Shown one piece after another: positions 63,697 to 64,000 of a stretch of 64,000 nucleotides of DNA. Position numbers and translations under genes: made by a program. Every line of letters starts with the position of its first letter. The stretch's first letter is position 1. This DNA is from Prevotella sp. Lineage in GTDB: Bacteria > Bacteroidota > Bacteroidia > Bacteroidales > Bacteroidaceae. The notes under the pieces were generated by a model. That model ran no database searches. It was not told where the DNA came from and saw only the letters and a list, made by a program, of their open reading frames with translations. The stretch is taken from contig JAEEVW010000001.1 of the NCBI GenBank assembly GCA_016291085.1, positions 64,094 through 128,093 of the forward strand, in the 5' to 3' direction.

Positions 63697-64000
63697 ATGC
63701 TAACAGCTGTTGACTGTTGTTTTGAATACACCTTGCGGATGCCTCAAAATGAACAAGAGGCGTTCGCAACGTTCTGTGCATTGAATGTGATCAGGGCTGG
63801 GATGAAGGAGGGTGTTGTTTCGAAGGAGAAAGGCTTTGGTATTACGAAGTCGTACGTTTCAAAATTGGCCACATTCATTGCTGAACACCCAGAGTTGAAG
63901 CTGGTTGATAATATGTACCTTGACAACAGCATCAAGCCAAACTGCGTCTTTTTCATCTGCATGGGGGTGCAGTTCAGTTATCATAGCGTAGCCCTCAATG
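63697..64000 (+). CDS. Hypothetical protein, truncated by the window end
   Basis: Open frame from ATG 63697 (or 63739): MLTAVDCC..MPQNEQEAFATFCALNVIRAGMKEG..GVQFSYHSVALN. Confidence 0.6.
   Translation, partial: MLTAVDCCFEYTLRMPQNEQEAFATFCALNVIRAGMKEGVVSKEKGFGITKSYVSKLATFIAEHPELKLVDNMYLDNSIKPNCVFFICMGVQFSYHSVALN

Overview
Bacteroidota chromosome, most likely Prevotella/Xylanibacter-like (inferred from gene content, TAnnTTTG promoters and short-repeat style). 1-15.9 kb: Bacteroidetes dcw cluster (mraZ rsmH ftsL ftsI murE mraY murD ftsW murG murC ftsQ ftsA ftsZ). 15.9-22.1 kb (-): glnA-metH-metF. 22.2-25.3 kb: small accessory island with an XRE-HipA pair, a frameshifted HIRAN-like remnant, an origin-like GCCCC/palindrome block, 22-nt repeats and a ~250-270 nt structured non-coding segment. 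25.3-35.7 kb: OMP, S41 lipoprotein, His-phosphatase, NucA-type nuclease, then a xylan cluster (GPH transporter, GH10, GH43, coupled ECF sigma; divergent SASA esterase). 35.7-57.9 kb: housekeeping (HAD, comEC, wbqC, lepB plus a catalytically dead paralog, dapB, GH5, parE, S41, fprA, pfkB, M16, pnp). 58-63.7 kb: AT-rich island with two separately promoted and terminated hicA units, one hicB, and a 1161-aa protein with a HEPN-like RxxxxH motif, coiled coil, 3 TM helices and Sel1/TPR repeats, followed by a lipoprotein; this is the best candidate for an undescribed membrane-anchored defence system. A heptamer-run/GCT(A/G)CCGC repeat family is dispersed through the window and sits in frame in several proteins. 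No rRNA, tRNA, CRISPR, integrase or transposase recognised. All assignments are by eye; no searches were run.
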